A stretch of DNA of 63,260 nt, the filler included, from Octopus bimaculoides (lineage: Eukaryota), in NCBI RefSeq assembly GCF_001194135.2. It is 6 parts of 4 records of this genome, joined end to end, with 100 filler letters (N's around TTAATTAATTAA, not from the genome) between each part and the next. Parts side by side here need not be neighbours in the genome. Positions count along the whole stretch, not along the records: positions 37,446 to 49,059 come from NC_069005.1; positions 49,160 to 57,403 come from NC_068982.1; 4 more parts are not named here. The stretch is one strand, 5' to 3'. Positions 38,330 through 50,875 of the stretch are shown here, one piece after another (the first letter of the stretch is position 1; each line of letters opens with the position of its first letter). Position numbers and translations under genes: made by a program. The notes beneath the pieces were generated by a model, which did no database searches, was not told where the DNA came from, and was given only the letters and a program-made list of their open reading frames with translations.

Positions 38330-39265
38330 TCTCGATTCCCTTTCAGTTTTCTTTTTGTTATATGACGATTTTTTCAGGCAGCAGAGGTGAAGCCTGGTTC
38401 TTCAGTGTGTTTGAATTTGGAGTTATTCCTCAATTTCTGATTTGCATGTTGGACTCGTTCATATTTCGGTTGTGGCTGAAACAGAAACGTGGTGTATAAT
38501 TCTTTTTATAAGAAGGCAGGACGCTTTCTGGTGGTTGGTGCTTTCGCAAGTTTAACACCTGGACCCCACTGCCTTCTACTACAACTCTTACGAGATCACC
38601 GGTCTCCAAGGGAATACCTTAGAGGATTTTAGGAAATTTTCTTCAGTGAGCAGCATATGTATTTGTATGTTTAGTTCGGACCAGTTTTTGTGTAGGGTCC
38701 TTGCCATATAAACAACATACTCCTCCTACTCCTCAAAAGTCATTCTAACCAAATTGAATTCAAGTTCATTTCAGAATGCACATTATATAGTGTCACCTTA
38801 TACATTTCCCGAAATAAGAGTGTAGGTTTATATATATTCCTGGGAGGAGCATGTATGTGTGAATATTTTATTGCCCCTTCGTTGAATTATAATACTTCTA
38901 CTGTTCTCTACAGCCTACCTTTCTCACATGCCATACTGATTCCAGCACGCCCTTGAAGTATTTCTCTACTTGTCCTGGTATTGGATTATTACTCCTCTAT
39001 TGATTCAGTTTGAGGTGATAGTTCTTTTTAAATTTTCTTTCCCTTACAGAGGAAGCACGATTATGTCCGGTATGTCTAAGCAATGCTGATGGCTGGGAAC
39101 CCACTCCATGATGGTTTCCTCTGCTAAGTCAATCAACGTTTGCCTTTCACTGTCAGGCAATGGGTTTGGTTTGATGTTGTAGTTGTGGCTCCCATTGTTG
39201 TAGGCGTTGTTCTCGCTGTCCTCAGGTATCATTATTATTTTGCACTGAGCCATGCACTGCGGCAC
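38330..39265 (-). mobile_element. Decayed LINE ORF1 (Tx1/L1-like) with CCHC zinc knuckle
   Basis: Frameshifted minus-strand peptides (EETIMEWVPSHQHCLDIPDIIVLPL*GKENLKRT ... LVRVVVEG ... RC*TCESTNHQKASC); Cx2Cx4Hx4C at 38516-38557. Confidence 0.6.
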
Positions 39266-39269
39266 GGTG

Positions 39270-39515
39270 CATGTAATCGACTAATTCCCTTACTTCAAAA
39301 ACTTCTGGCCTTATACCAAAACTTGAAAGAACGTTAACACGTTGGATGAAATGCTTAATAGTATTTCGCCCGTCGCTACGTTCTGAGTTCAAATTCTGCC
39401 GAGGTCGACTTTGCCTTTCATCATTTCGGAGTCGACAAAACAAATACCACTAGTCCCCTGCCCTAATCAACTAGTCCCTTATCCACACATATCACGCTTT
39501 GTACCTTTAGTAGAA
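39270..39515 (+). mobile_element. SINE-A tail plus adjacent SINE-A copy
   Basis: GTTCTGAGTTCAAATTCTGCCGAGGTCGACTTTGCC core. Confidence 0.75.
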
Positions 39516-40068
39516 AGTGTTATTATTATATATCATTATTATTATTGTTCAGTAGTTTTAGTTTTATAACGTGCTTTCACTTCACTACNNNNNNNNNNNN
39601 NNNNNNNNNNNNNNNNNNNNNNNNNNNNNNNNNNNNNNNNNNNNNNNNNNNNNNNNNNNNNNNNNNNNNNNNNNNNNNNNNNNNNNNNNNNNNNNNNNNN
39701 NNNNNNNNNNNNNNNNNNNNNNNNNNNNNNNNNNNNNNNNNNNNNNNNNNNNNNNNNNNNNNNNNNNNNNNNNNNNNNNNNNNNNNNNNNNNNATAAGAA
39801 AATTATGTGTTTGCTTTAAAATTTGAGATCACATTGACAATATTTTACGTAGGATATGGGCAGTTCCCATGAGCACTATCTTTTGAACTTCAGCCATTTT
39901 GGGGTTTCCTGGTATCTGAGCTAGGTAGTAATCAGCCCGTTTCGCTGTCATTCCCAGGGCACCTATGACAATAGGTATTGTTTTCGTCTTCAGATTCCAC
40001 ATTTTGCTAATTTCTATTTCAAGATCTTTATATTTGCTCAGTTTTTGGTAGGTCTTGACAGATACGTC

Positions 40069-40144
<76 letters not shown>

Positions 40145-41052
40145 GCACTTTTACAGTTAGGTCAAGACTAGTAATATTTGAACGAGTATTAACGATACAG
40201 ATCTAGTACTACAACGAATACTATAACAATTATTACAACAATTTGTCTTCTACCATCAACAACACCGCTATTATTCTTTGTAAACCATCTGCAAAAATAC
40301 CTTGTTTCCAATTCATAAAACAATGATGCTTTCTTTGTCTTTTTTTTTTACCAATAAAACCGCTACAATTAATGCCAGTAAATTCGCCATCAACACCGCT
40401 GTACCAACAGCCAACGTCACCATTGTATCAACACCGACACTGCACAACAGATACCAAATTAACTTTATTTGCCGTCCAATCTACTTCATCAAACTAACAA
40501 CAGTATGAAAACTAAAGCAACGACCACCGCCACCGTAACGACTTTGATTACTACTCGATTGTGCCGAATATAAATAAAGAAAAAAACAATGTTCGTTTTT
40601 TAATGTATTCCCCTTGATGGCTCTTTTAATGCTCGGTGACTTCAATGTTAAATTTGGATGGTTTCAGAATGTGTGTTTAATAAACCCACCGCCGTCAATT
40701 GTATTGTCTTTTCCTCTTAACTGTCCAGACTTCCGTTTTCGCTTACATTTTGTTTTATATAGTGTCTCACCAAGATGTATTACATATTCACTCACACACT
40801 CACGCACGCACGCAGAGACACATACACACACACACACGCACTCACACACACACACAAACAGAAGATTAACAACATAGTCGCATACACTATCACGCACATG
40901 AATATATACATGTATATGTAACTACATTCACACACAGGTATATGCAGGTATAAATAGATACATATACATAACATACATACAAACACATACACACACACAC
41001 ATATATATATAAATGTATGTATATATACATATAAGTATATATATAAATTTAT

Positions 41053-41087
<35 letters not shown>

Positions 41088-41149
41088 CATATAACTATAA
41101 TGAGATAATGTTATATGTCTATACACACATTATATAAACGTATACAAAC

Positions 41150-41214
<65 letters not shown>

Positions 41215-42014
41215 ACTGGCACATACGTCTATATTTATCAGTTAGCATATGTCCATGTGTGGGGGCTTGTGTCTCTATAAATACAGAGAAAGTGAATGGA
41301 GGTGTGGCGATGGTGAACGATTAACTCCAGATAGGCAATGTCACTTAAGTGGACAGCGTACATTGAACTATACTACTAAATATAACAAGAAAGCTCCATA
41401 ACTCATGCATACATGATTTATGTATGTATATATATATAGACGTACATACATAGAGAGAGTGAGAGAGAGAGGGAGGTATATGCATATAAAGTAACTACAT
41501 ATACATATTCTATATAAATGTATATCTAGAAATGTGATGCAGTATGCTTATGCTGAAAATATTTCAAATTATTATTTCCGGGGAAGCTATAAAATTTACT
41601 CTATAATCATATGACATTAATATAAAGTTGTTTCGTATTTTCATCTCGCATTTGTCAAATATTTATTTCGAGCCATCTTGCTTTCTTTTTGTTTTTTACT
41701 GACTATTTTTGGAGCTTGACATTAAAATGAAAAAAGAAGAAAACGTATCAAAACAAACAAAAAATGTGTGCATATGTGCATTCCAAAAGGGTTGCTATGT
41801 ATGTGTGTGTATGTTTATGAGTGCGTATATGTGTGTGTGTGTGTAAGTTTAATGGAGTCATTTTTAGCCTCATAAAATATCTTGTATTAAATACACATCG
41901 CAATACAAATTTACGCGTACCTCCGTAAATAAACCATTTACAAATATACGAGGTATATGCTATGTGTTTGTTTGTGTGTGTGAGAGAGGTTGTGTGCGTG
42001 TGCGTGCATGTATG

Positions 42015-42100
42015 TGCGTGTATTAGTGTGTGTGTGCGTGTATTAGTGTGTGTGTGCGTGTATTAGTGTGTGTGTGCGTGTATTAGTGTGTGTGTGCGTG
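42015..42100 (+). repeat. 20-bp minisatellite x4 (CGTGTATTAGTGTGTGTGTG)
   Basis: Four identical units. Confidence 0.9.
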
Positions 42101-42134
42101 TCTGTTTCTGTGTCTATGTTTTGTGTGTTGTGGT

Positions 42135-42270
42135 AGCATCGAGCGAAAATGCTTAGCGGTATTTTACTCGTCACTTCTGCCGAGGCCGACGTTGCCTTTT
42201 CATAATTTCAGGGTCGATAGGACAAGTACCAGTTGAACACTAGGATCAACGAAATCGACTTAACTACTCC
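42135..42270 (+). mobile_element. SINE-A copy, internally deleted
   Basis: GAAAATGCTTAGCGGTATTT..CTGCCGAGGCCGACGTTGCC..GGGTCGAT. Confidence 0.65.
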
Positions 42271-42780
42271 TGTGTATGAAAAGCTGCACCTCTCTGCCCA
42301 GCCATATCGAGCTAATGTGACGTACTAGGCTCATCAACCCATTATGATCTCATGTTCAAATTCACGGAGTCCGCATCAGTCTCTTACAGAAGTATGTACA
42401 CCCCTAAAGATTTCAGTAAAATTGCCATTACTCTGATAATATCGAAGGAAATCAAACGAAATTTATACTGCATGGAATATATAGTCAGGTGAAACTCTAG
42501 TAATACGGAAGGACCGCTGTTAGACTCTTGGTTCACTAATAGTATGAGTGATGTGTCTAACGCAGGTCATGTGTAGGCGAGCATGTGTTGAATAAAATGA
42601 GACAACAAAGCCAAGGCAGTGTGAAATTTCTAGAAATTTATAAAGAGAAAGGTAGTCTTACAGCTATTGCATCTATATAAAAGATATTCCATCATCAGAG
42701 ACAATACGAGAGAGCTAAATGGGAGCAAATAGGACAGTTCAATATAAAAATTTATTTTGGAAAGAGATAGATATAGGAAG

Positions 42781-42811
<31 letters not shown>

Positions 42812-43639
42812 GTATAGTATAGAGGGAAGTATGTATAACATTTCCCTTTATACTACCTTTCTCTTTATAAATGTCCTAGANNNNNNNNNNNNNNNNNNNN
42901 NNNNNNNNNNNNNNNNNNNNNNNNNNNNNNNNNNNNNNNNNNNNNNNNNNNNNNNNNNNNNNNNNNNNNNNNNNNNNNNNNNNNNNNNNNNNNNNNNNNN
43001 NNNNNNNNNNNNNNNNNNNNNNNNNNNNNNNNNNNNNNNNNNNNNNNNNNNNNNNNNNNNNNNNNNNNNNNNNNNNNNNNNNNNNNNNNNNNNNNNNNNN
43101 NNNNNNNNNNNNNNNNNNNNNNNNNNNNNNNNNNNNNNNNNNNNNNNNNNNNNNNNNNNNNNNNNNNNNNNNNNNNNNNNNNNNNNNNNNNNNNATATAT
43201 ATATATATGTCTGTTGGTATGAATGTACTCACATACATGCCAACATTAATGGTGACATAAAATATTTCACTCCTGGTTTATCTCAATATGGGAAATGGTC
43301 TTATGGGAGTTATCACCTTCACTGTCTGCTTTTAGAACCTAAACACTCTCCAGAGCGAATAGGTGTTTATTAATTACCATTTCGTCTGAGACAATCTTTA
43401 TTTTACCGATTACAACATCACATATATCGGAACCTTGCATATTTGTATATAGTCATTATCTCCCCTGACTTCTATTGTTGATAGAAATAATCAATATCCG
43501 TGGATCACCTTCATCTTGTAAATTGAACATTCTCAGACTTAAAAGATATTCAACTGAGTAATTCGAATGAGACGGAAATATATTTGTTAATGTCCTCACA
43601 TTTCAACTTTTGCCTATCCAAGGGTTTCATGTATTTTGC

Positions 43640-44040
43640 CTAAACGCATTTTCATGATTACTTCTCAACGACATGGCCCTGGTTTCAGTCCCATTGCATA
43701 GCATCTTGGGTAAGTGTCTTGTACTTATAGCACAGGGCCGGTCACATCTTTGTAAATGGATTTGGTAGACGAAAACTGAAAGAAGCCTGTCATATATAGG
43801 TATATGTATATAAACGTGCGCACGTGTGCATGTGTGTGCGGTTGTGTGTATATGTGTGTGCACGTGCGTCTTTTCGTCTGTGTACTTATCACCGCCACCA
43901 CTTGACACCCGGTGTTGGTCAGTTTCCGTCCCTGTAACTTACCGTTTCAGCAAAAGATAAGATATAATAAATACCAGGCTTAAAAATAAGACCTGGTGTC
44001 CCGGCAAAGCTTCTGTTCTATGACTAAAACATGTAAAGAA
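43640..44040 (+). mobile_element. Full-length SINE-B with internal (TA/TG)n segment
   Basis: Head GGTTTCAGTCCCATTG, body GGATTTGGTAGACGAAAACTGAAAGAAGCC, dinucleotide tract, tail CCACTTGACA..GTAACTTA..CAAAAGA. Confidence 0.75.
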
Positions 44041-44260
44041 ATAATTAACTTGTACTCAGTCTGTTACGACAACGAGGACAAATATCCGTGAAATGTAAAT
44101 AATGTAAATAATGTACGTTCGATTCGTTTTGAGATCGAATGAGACTTGCCTCGTTTCGGGATCAATCTAAAATCATTCCCTTTGAAGCCCAGAGATCGAT
44201 GTAATCGACTAATCCTGGTTCTCTGTAATATTACTGGCCTCGTGCCAAACTTTGAAATTA

Positions 44261-44751
44261 CAGTAACCCCTCGCCATATCGCGGTTCACCTATCGCCCAC
44301 TCAGTACCTCGTGGATTTTTCTGGTTAAAATATGTAAATTTTCATATCGTGGACTCCTCAGTATATCGCGGGTTTCTGCGGCCGATAGATATTTATATAT
44401 TTTTTAGATTTTAGTTATTTCTATAGTAAAATAAGAATATTCACGCCTAAAAATTAATAAGTTAATAAATAAAGATACAGAACAGTACTGCACTACATAA
44501 CACATTAATTAAAATGTATTATTAAAAGAAAACACGTAGTGTACCGCAGATGAGTAAACAAAGGATTGCACATACTGTATGGAAACGAAACACGGGAGGC
44601 GAATGTGTCGTATTGTTTTGCATTTATAAGGAAATAAATATATAAAAATGATTTTAGAATATATACAGTACAGTACTGCTTCTACTTCGCGGATTTTCAC
44701 TTATCGCGGGAGATTTGGAACGTAACACCCGCGATAGTCGAGGCAATACTG
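44261..44751. mobile_element. MITE, pogo/Tigger-like (491 bp)
   Basis: TA|CAGTAACCCCTCGCCATATCGCGG ... CCGCGATAGTCGAGGCAATACTG|TA imperfect TIRs; AT-rich interior. Confidence 0.75.
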
Positions 44752-44784
44752 TACTACTGTTATTGTTCTTGTTGTTGTTGCTAA

Positions 44785-45360
44785 GGCGGTGGGTTAGCTG
44801 AATGATTTGCACGCTGGTTGAAATGCTTAGCAGCTTTTCGTCCGTTCTGAGTTCAAATTCCTGCTGAGGCTTTGTATAGAAAGGGTTTTCTTTTTCTGTG
44901 AAGGTGGTGAGCTGGCCGAATCGTTAGCACGCCGGGCAAAATATTAGGCGGCATTTCGTCCGTCTTTACGTTCTGAGTTCAAATTCAGCAGAGGTCGACT
45001 TTGCCTTTCAACGTTTCGGAGTCGGTGGATTAAGTACCAGTTGAGTACTGGAGGTCGACGAAATCTATTTAGTCCCTACCCCCACCCCATGACCTGAAAT
45101 TGCTGTCTTTGAGCCAAACTTGAAATCATTATTATTGTTGTTACTTCAGCTAAGGCGGCGAGCTCGCAGAACCGGTAGCACGCAGGCAAAGTACATTATT
45201 TTGGCCGTTTTTATGTTCTGAGTTCAAATTCCGCCGAGGTTGACTTTAACATTCATCCCTTCGGTGTTGCTAAAATATGTAGCGGTCAAATAGTGGCGTT
45301 GATGTAATCGACTTCCCCGCCCTCCTACAAAAAGTACTGGACCTGTAGCGAAATTTCAAA
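44785..45360 (+). mobile_element. Three head-to-tail SINE-A copies
   Basis: Three AAGG(C/T)GG(T/C)GAG.. heads at about 44785, 44900 and 45152, each followed by GTTCTGAGTTCAAATTC. Confidence 0.85.
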
Positions 45361-45639
45361 CCATTATTATTATTATTTCTATTAGTAGTTGTTGCTTTTG
45401 TTGTTGTTATTTTGTTGTTGTTGTTGCTGTTGTTGTTGGTAATGGTGGTGGTGGTGATGGTTGTGGGGATGACTTTGCACTTGTTCTATGGTCATGGCAC
45501 TAGAGGCAGTAATAAGGATAAGGGTAGTGGTGGTGGTTTTGCTCGTGTCGGTAGTGCTTCATAAGGATGTCACTTTGTACGCCTTTGTTGTTCCTCAGTT
45601 TGTTGTATGAAACGCAAATAAGGTTAATTTCCTTTGCCT

Positions 45640-46080
45640 AGAAAGCCCCGCGTGGCGGGAAGTCAATAGAATGCAAACCCAGGAAGGTCATTGGACAAAA
45701 AAAAAAGTTAGACAAAAGGAAGAAACAAGAAAGAAATTCTTGCTGCATGCATTGGCTCTTGTTTGTTTGCTATTTCCTAAATCAACAACCACCAAAACAC
45801 GCACACAAGAAGAAACAAAAAATCTAACAAAACAAACAGAGAAAATGCACAATCAATGAGATAGCAAAGAGAGCATAAATTGTTAAGGAGTCACTTTATT
45901 AGAAACCACTAAGTGTTCGCTCGGTTGAAATTTATTAACGAGTTTCGTTCTGTTTACAGCACAATAGTGCGCTTGATTAAAAGAGATATCAGTTTGATAT
46001 TATGTGGTAATCGATATGGCTATTTCTTAATCTATATAGTTTTTTTTTATATTACATTTCGCCGGAAGTGATTTTCTTTC
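45640..46080. promoter_or_regulatory. Possible promoter (ETS CCGGAAGTG at 46062-46070; E2F-like TGGCGGGAA at 45653-45661)
   Basis: Motif match only, in unique CpG-retaining sequence upstream of the minus-strand exon chain. Confidence 0.2.
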
Positions 46081-47045
46081 GTCTTTTCTCTATGTTTTTT
46101 TCATTATATTGAACAAAAATTTTCAACAGATTTAATAAACTTCGATTTTAAGTTACTTTTTATATGCATATATACATACACACGTACAAACGCATATATA
46201 TACATGCATGCATATACATATCTGCACATATGTATACATAAATATATAGATACATATCTTATCATATATATATATGTACATATATATATATACTATATAT
46301 ATATACGTATATATATATATATTATATATTATATATCTATATTATATATGTATATATGTATATATAATAAGATNNNNNNNNNNNNNNNNNNNNNNNNNNN
46401 NNNNNNNNNNNNNNNNNNNNNNNNNNNNNNNNNNNNNNNNNNNNNNNNNNNNNNNNNNNNNNNNNNNNNNNNNNNNNNNNNNNNNNNNNNNNNNNNNNNN
46501 NNNNNNNNNNNNNNNNNNNNNNNNNNNNNNNNNNNNNNNNNNNNNNNNNNNNNNNNNNNNNNNNNNNNNNNNNNNNNNNNNNNNNNNNNNNNNNNNNNNN
46601 NNNNNNNNNNNNNNNNNNNNNNNNNNNNNNNNNNNNNNNNNNNNNNNNNNNNNNNNNNNNNNNNNNNNNNNNNNNNNNNNNNNNNNNNNNNNNNNNNNNN
46701 NNNNNNNNNNNNNNNNNNNNNNNNNNNNNNNNNNNNNNNNNNNNNNNNNNNNNNNNNNNNNNNNNNNNNNNNNNNNNNNNNNNNNNNNNNNNNNNNNNNN
46801 NNNNNNNNNNNNNNNNNNNNNNNNNNNNNNNNNNNNNNNNNNNNNNNNNNNNNNNNNNNNNNNNNNNNNNNNNNNNNNNNNNNNNNNNNNNNNNNNNNNN
46901 NNNNNNNNNNNNNNNNNNNNNNNNNNNNNNNNNNNNNNNNNNNNNNNNNNNNNNNNNNNNNNNNNNNNNNNNNNNNNNNNNNNNNNNNNNNNNNNNNNNN
47001 NNNNNNNNNNNNNNNNNNNNNNNNNNNNNNNNNNNNNNNNNNNNN

Positions 47046-47085
<40 letters not shown>

Positions 47086-47339
47086 AATGTGTGTGTGTGT
47101 ATACGTGCGCATGTGTGCATGTGTGTGTATGTGTGTGCTGGATTTATGATGTTAATGATCGCTAATTGTTGTCTTTTAACAGGACAGGAAGTCAGCAAGC
47201 AAACACAGAAACTGAGCAAAACCGGAAATGATTATTGCATAATATGCATCAAATTGCACATTGAATATTGATGCGGTTAATTAGTTAGATCGCGATAATC
47301 TATGATGTGGTCCCATGCAGCCACTGGAAGCGTAATAGT

Positions 47340-47785
47340 TTTAATTTTGCGGAAATTACTCTTAAGGATGGGTGGATTGGGACTTGTGTGCGCCAATTAA
47401 TCTCAAGGATCATGAGTTCGAGTCCAAAGCACTACTTTTAGCTACAGCAAATATTCTGCTCAATACCACGGATTTGCCTGTCAGTTGTTTGATCTTAAAT
47501 AGTTGAGTATGTCCCTTAGTTAATCTGTTAATTTAACAATTTAGATATATGTCCCTTAGAGGTTGACGATATGTGAATCTCTGATCAAGAGCAGAAATTG
47601 TCGGCGAGCATCGTAGCCATGTGTTGAGAGGGATTCTTTGGAGCTTGAATAATTCACCTCTGGAAACGTGGATGTTTCGTTTAACATTCTTAAACAACCC
47701 TTATTCAAGGACCTTTTGAGTGAGATGGGCAACATGACCTGAAAAAAAATTCTAACTCGGCCGCACTTCCAAGATCATGCGCTAT
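47340..47785 (+). mobile_element. Unclassified SINE-like retroposon
   Basis: B-box-like GAGTTCGAGTCC near the 5' end, followed by a GC-balanced non-coding body. Single copy in the window. Confidence 0.35.
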
Positions 47786-47786
47786 T

Positions 47787-47845
47787 GTGGTTGTGATGCA
47801 TGTGGTTGTGATGCATGTGGATGCATGTGGTTGTGATGCATGTGC
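47787..47845 (+). repeat. 15-bp tandem repeat (GTGGTTGTGATGCAT) x3 plus a partial unit, at the Tc1 truncation point
   Basis: Direct reading. Confidence 0.85.
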
Positions 47846-47859
47846 CTGGTGTACACTTA

Positions 47860-48892
47860 TCAGACGGGTCGTCATGGTGCTTATACTGGGCCTCGTATAT
47901 TTCAGCCGTGTGAATTGGGGCATTATCATCCTGAAAGTCTGCGATTCCCTCCTGAAACAGTTCCGCATCCATAGCATGAATTTGATCAGATAAAATGCCT
48001 AAATAGTTTTGAGTATTAATTCTGCCATGAAGAGAAACCAATGGACCGGTGCATTGGTTTCTCNNNNNNNNNNNNNNNNNNNNNNNNNNNNNNNNNNNNN
48101 NNNNNNNNNNNNNNNNNNNNNNNNNNNNNNNNNTCTCCATATTTAACAGTTGGAAGTAGGCAGTCTAGATCAAATGCTTTTTTTTTTTTTAGCTGTCTCC
48201 ATACGGATACTCGGCCAGTGGTCGAAAATAAGGTAAAGGATTACTCGTCCGAGAAAATAACATTCTTCCACTGCTCTAGGGACCAATTCTGTAGGTTGTT
48301 ACTCCAGTCTAATTGATTTGCAACGTTTGATTTTGAAAGTAACGGTTTTCTGATTGCAGCTCTCCGTGATATCCTACTTTTTTGCAGATCCCAGCGAACG
48401 GTCTTTGTGGAATCTGGCTTCTCGAGGTGGTCATTAAACTCTGCAGTAATTTTGGGAGCTGTACGTTTGTGACCCTTTCTAACAATTCGCGTAAGAGTCC
48501 AATGATCCCAGTCTGAAAGTTTTCGTTTTCTTCCGGAGTTTTGTTTCCATGAGGTAGTTTTCCCTCTTTCTCAAATGCTGCTATTACTTTCGAGACAGTA
48601 CTTCTTGACACACCAAACATTCGGCTGTTTTAGTTACGCTAGCGCCTGCCATACGAGCACCAACAATTTGACTTCTTTGAAAATCTTATAGATCTGTGAT
48701 TTTAATGAATTTTAATTACCGTTTTCTGAGGACATCTGAAAAGAAACAGCAATTTTAGCAAAACTTATTAAGCAACACTAATAATAAATAAAAAAAAAAC
48801 ATAGAAATGAACAAGATTTTGACAGTTTTATTGGTATTTCCATATTATGATGCTATTATGGTAGATGTTGCCATTATTTTGTCCAACCTCTG
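47860..48892 (-). mobile_element. Tc1-like DNA transposon, one TIR, decayed transposase
   Basis: FGVSRSTVSKV (HTH), RKPLL, WKNVIFSDE and FQDDNAPIHTA (DDE core). TIR-like CAGAGGTTGGACAAAATAATGG at 48871-48892 abutting TA. Confidence 0.88.
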
Positions 48893-49224
48893 TATGTATG
48901 TATTATGTATGTATACGCACATACATACATATATAACGTTATACATATAATATATATTCTAGTGACTATACACGCAATTTTCCTTTCATGTGAAATACCA
49001 TTAACACCAGCGACGCAGTTGTTATCCGTAAAATACCGTTATGCGTTCAACGAAGTTTGNNNNNNNNNNNNNNNNNNNNNNNNNNNNNNNNNNNNNNNNN
49101 NNNTTAATTAATTAANNNNNNNNNNNNNNNNNNNNNNNNNNNNNNNNNNNNNNNNNNNNATACAGATATCTATACATATATACACCCATCACACACACAT
49201 ACACATGCACACAAACACACACAT

Positions 49225-49923
49225 TAGTCATGTGTTTTCTTATCCAAAACTCCGTCAAAAGTACTGAATGGATCTTTATGAAATTTGGAAATTATATTCT
49301 TTGCATAACGGCCATAACTCCCATGAAAATTCATATATTTTTGATGTTGATGAAATTTTAACCCGAACATAACAGATGAGCATTATTTAGAAAATGATGT
49401 CACACGTTATCGAGGCTACCATTCTTTCTGGACGTGCAAAAGGGGATGACGTCTTTATTCCAAGAATTCCTCTTACTCCATCAGGAGCAGACATTCCTTT
49501 TACTTTTAGAAGACTACAATTTCCTCTTCGTGTGACTTTTGCCATGCCCATAAACGAATCTCAGTGTCAAACACTGTCTGTAGCTGGTCTTCTCTTGGAA
49601 GAGCCCTGCTTCTCACATGGACAACTGTATGTTGGCTGCTCAAGAGTGGGCAGCAAAAAAAACCTATTCGTATATGCTCCACAAGGAACATTGTTTACAA
49701 CGAGGTGTTATAATCACAACAGCAAGAAAGTATGTACATGATCACCTTCTTTTACGAAACTTCATTGACTTTCGTATATTTATATTGATATACATATATA
49801 TACGTGTGTTTGGGTGCGTGTGTGTATATACATCTCTATATATAAAGATGATGCGTAGTCTAGACGGCGTTTTTAGATTTCATTATTCTCTTTAACCCGG
49901 GCAAGGCCGGGTATTTCTGCTAG
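49225..49923 (+). mobile_element. Helitron 3' portion (PIF1 helicase C-terminus + terminal hairpin/CTAG)
   Basis: VIEATILSG..VFIPRIPL..PFTFRRLQFPLR..FAM.IN.SQ.QTL..CFSHGQLYVGCSRV. ACCCGGGCAAGGCCGGGT hairpin followed by CTAG|T at 49920-49924. Confidence 0.9.
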
Positions 49924-50231
49924 TATATATATATATATACACATGCACACATACAATCAGTCATACACATATATGTGTGAATGTGTGTTTATGTGTGTAT
50001 ATGTGCGAGCGTGTATGCATATATGAATATATTATTTAAGAAACATTAAACTATCATTAATTCATTTTTAATATACTGACCATTCAAATGATGAAAACTA
50101 AAAATAATTTAAAAGTAAATGAACGAAATAATGTAATTATCATTATTATTTTTTTTAAAACAAAGTATTCCTACCATTAGTTACACTAATCAAGCAATTA
50201 AGCTCACCAAACAATTACATCCATCGAAAAA

Positions 50232-50539
50232 TTAACTGGCAGGACATCGGTACTTTTTGCTCAATTCGTCTAATTTCTTACCGGCAAAATTTGTATAAGT
50301 CCTGTAATATGTGTCTGATGGTAAGATTAACTGAATCTCATGTCTTTCATGAGGATTTATGAAACCGATGACCAAATAATCTTTGCCCTTTATCAACTTG
50401 GGACAGTGGCAACCATTTGCCAAGTAAATGAATTCTCTCGACATCAGTGGTAAAGTGTAGCGGTAAAGTTTTCTCACGGCGACGTCGTAGCGGACTTGAT
50501 TTTTCACTTTACTCACAGATCTCACACTTATATGACTCA
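50232..50539 (-). CDS. ADAMTSL5: Terminal coding exon, NTR (netrin C-terminal/C345C) domain, ADAMTS-like protein 5-like; upstream exons not visible (in gaps or beyond the window)
   Basis: Minus-strand acceptor (TTA)n-TTTCTTCTTTCAG| at 50540-50541 (phase 1), then open frame SHISVRSVSKVKNQVRYDVAVRKLYRYTLPLMSREFIYLANGCHCPKLIKGKDYLVIG...QLILPSDTYYRTY...RCPAS* to TAA. The CxCPxL..G..YLV.G motif is diagnostic of NTR. The RYxV..(V/L)Y....PL..RE(Y/F)...CxCP.L and QL.LP...Y.R pattern matches my recollection of the vertebrate ADAMTSL5 NTR. The domain call is strong; orthology needs BLAST. Confidence 0.8.
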
Positions 50540-50550
50540 CTGAAAGAAGA

Positions 50551-50620
<70 letters not shown>

Positions 50621-50622
<2 letters not shown>

Positions 50623-50809
50623 TCAGACAAATACATAACAAGTATATGTAGCATGCAGAAAATAGTACTACTAGACATCGCAAACATCCTACGTAAAACA
50701 CTTTCAATACAGTAACAATAAGAACACCACAACAAATCCCAGCACATATCCAAGGCACACAGAGTTGCGCTCCGTAGTGCAGTGAAAGCAAGTGATAAAA
50801 ATAAGGCTG

Positions 50810-50812
<3 letters not shown>
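50621..50812 (+). mobile_element. R4/Dong-like LINE extreme 3' end inserted in (AAT)n
   Basis: SMQKIVLLDIANILRKTLSIQ* plus a 3'UTR near-identical to 52198-52418; (AAT)n on both sides. Confidence 0.8.

Positions 50813-50875
<63 letters not shown>

Noticed and set aside
39044-39265. ORF 'MPQC..LIDLAEETIMEWVPSHQHCLDIPDIIVLPL' with a CT|GTAAGG donor in phase with exon A, superficially rhodanese- or RNase H-like
   Set aside because: The frame continues past the stop (L*GKENLKRT..) into decayed LINE ORF1 ending in a CCHC knuckle, so it is better explained as retrotransposon ORF1. Exonisation is not excluded but is unsupported.
41641-41680. CAAGATGGC start-codon/YY1-like context on the minus strand
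   Set aside because: Stop after 11 codons and no donor.
42015-47845. Short tandem arrays (20-bp x4, 15-bp x3) considered as CRISPR-like
   Set aside because: No unique spacers, no cas genes, eukaryotic context; ordinary minisatellites.
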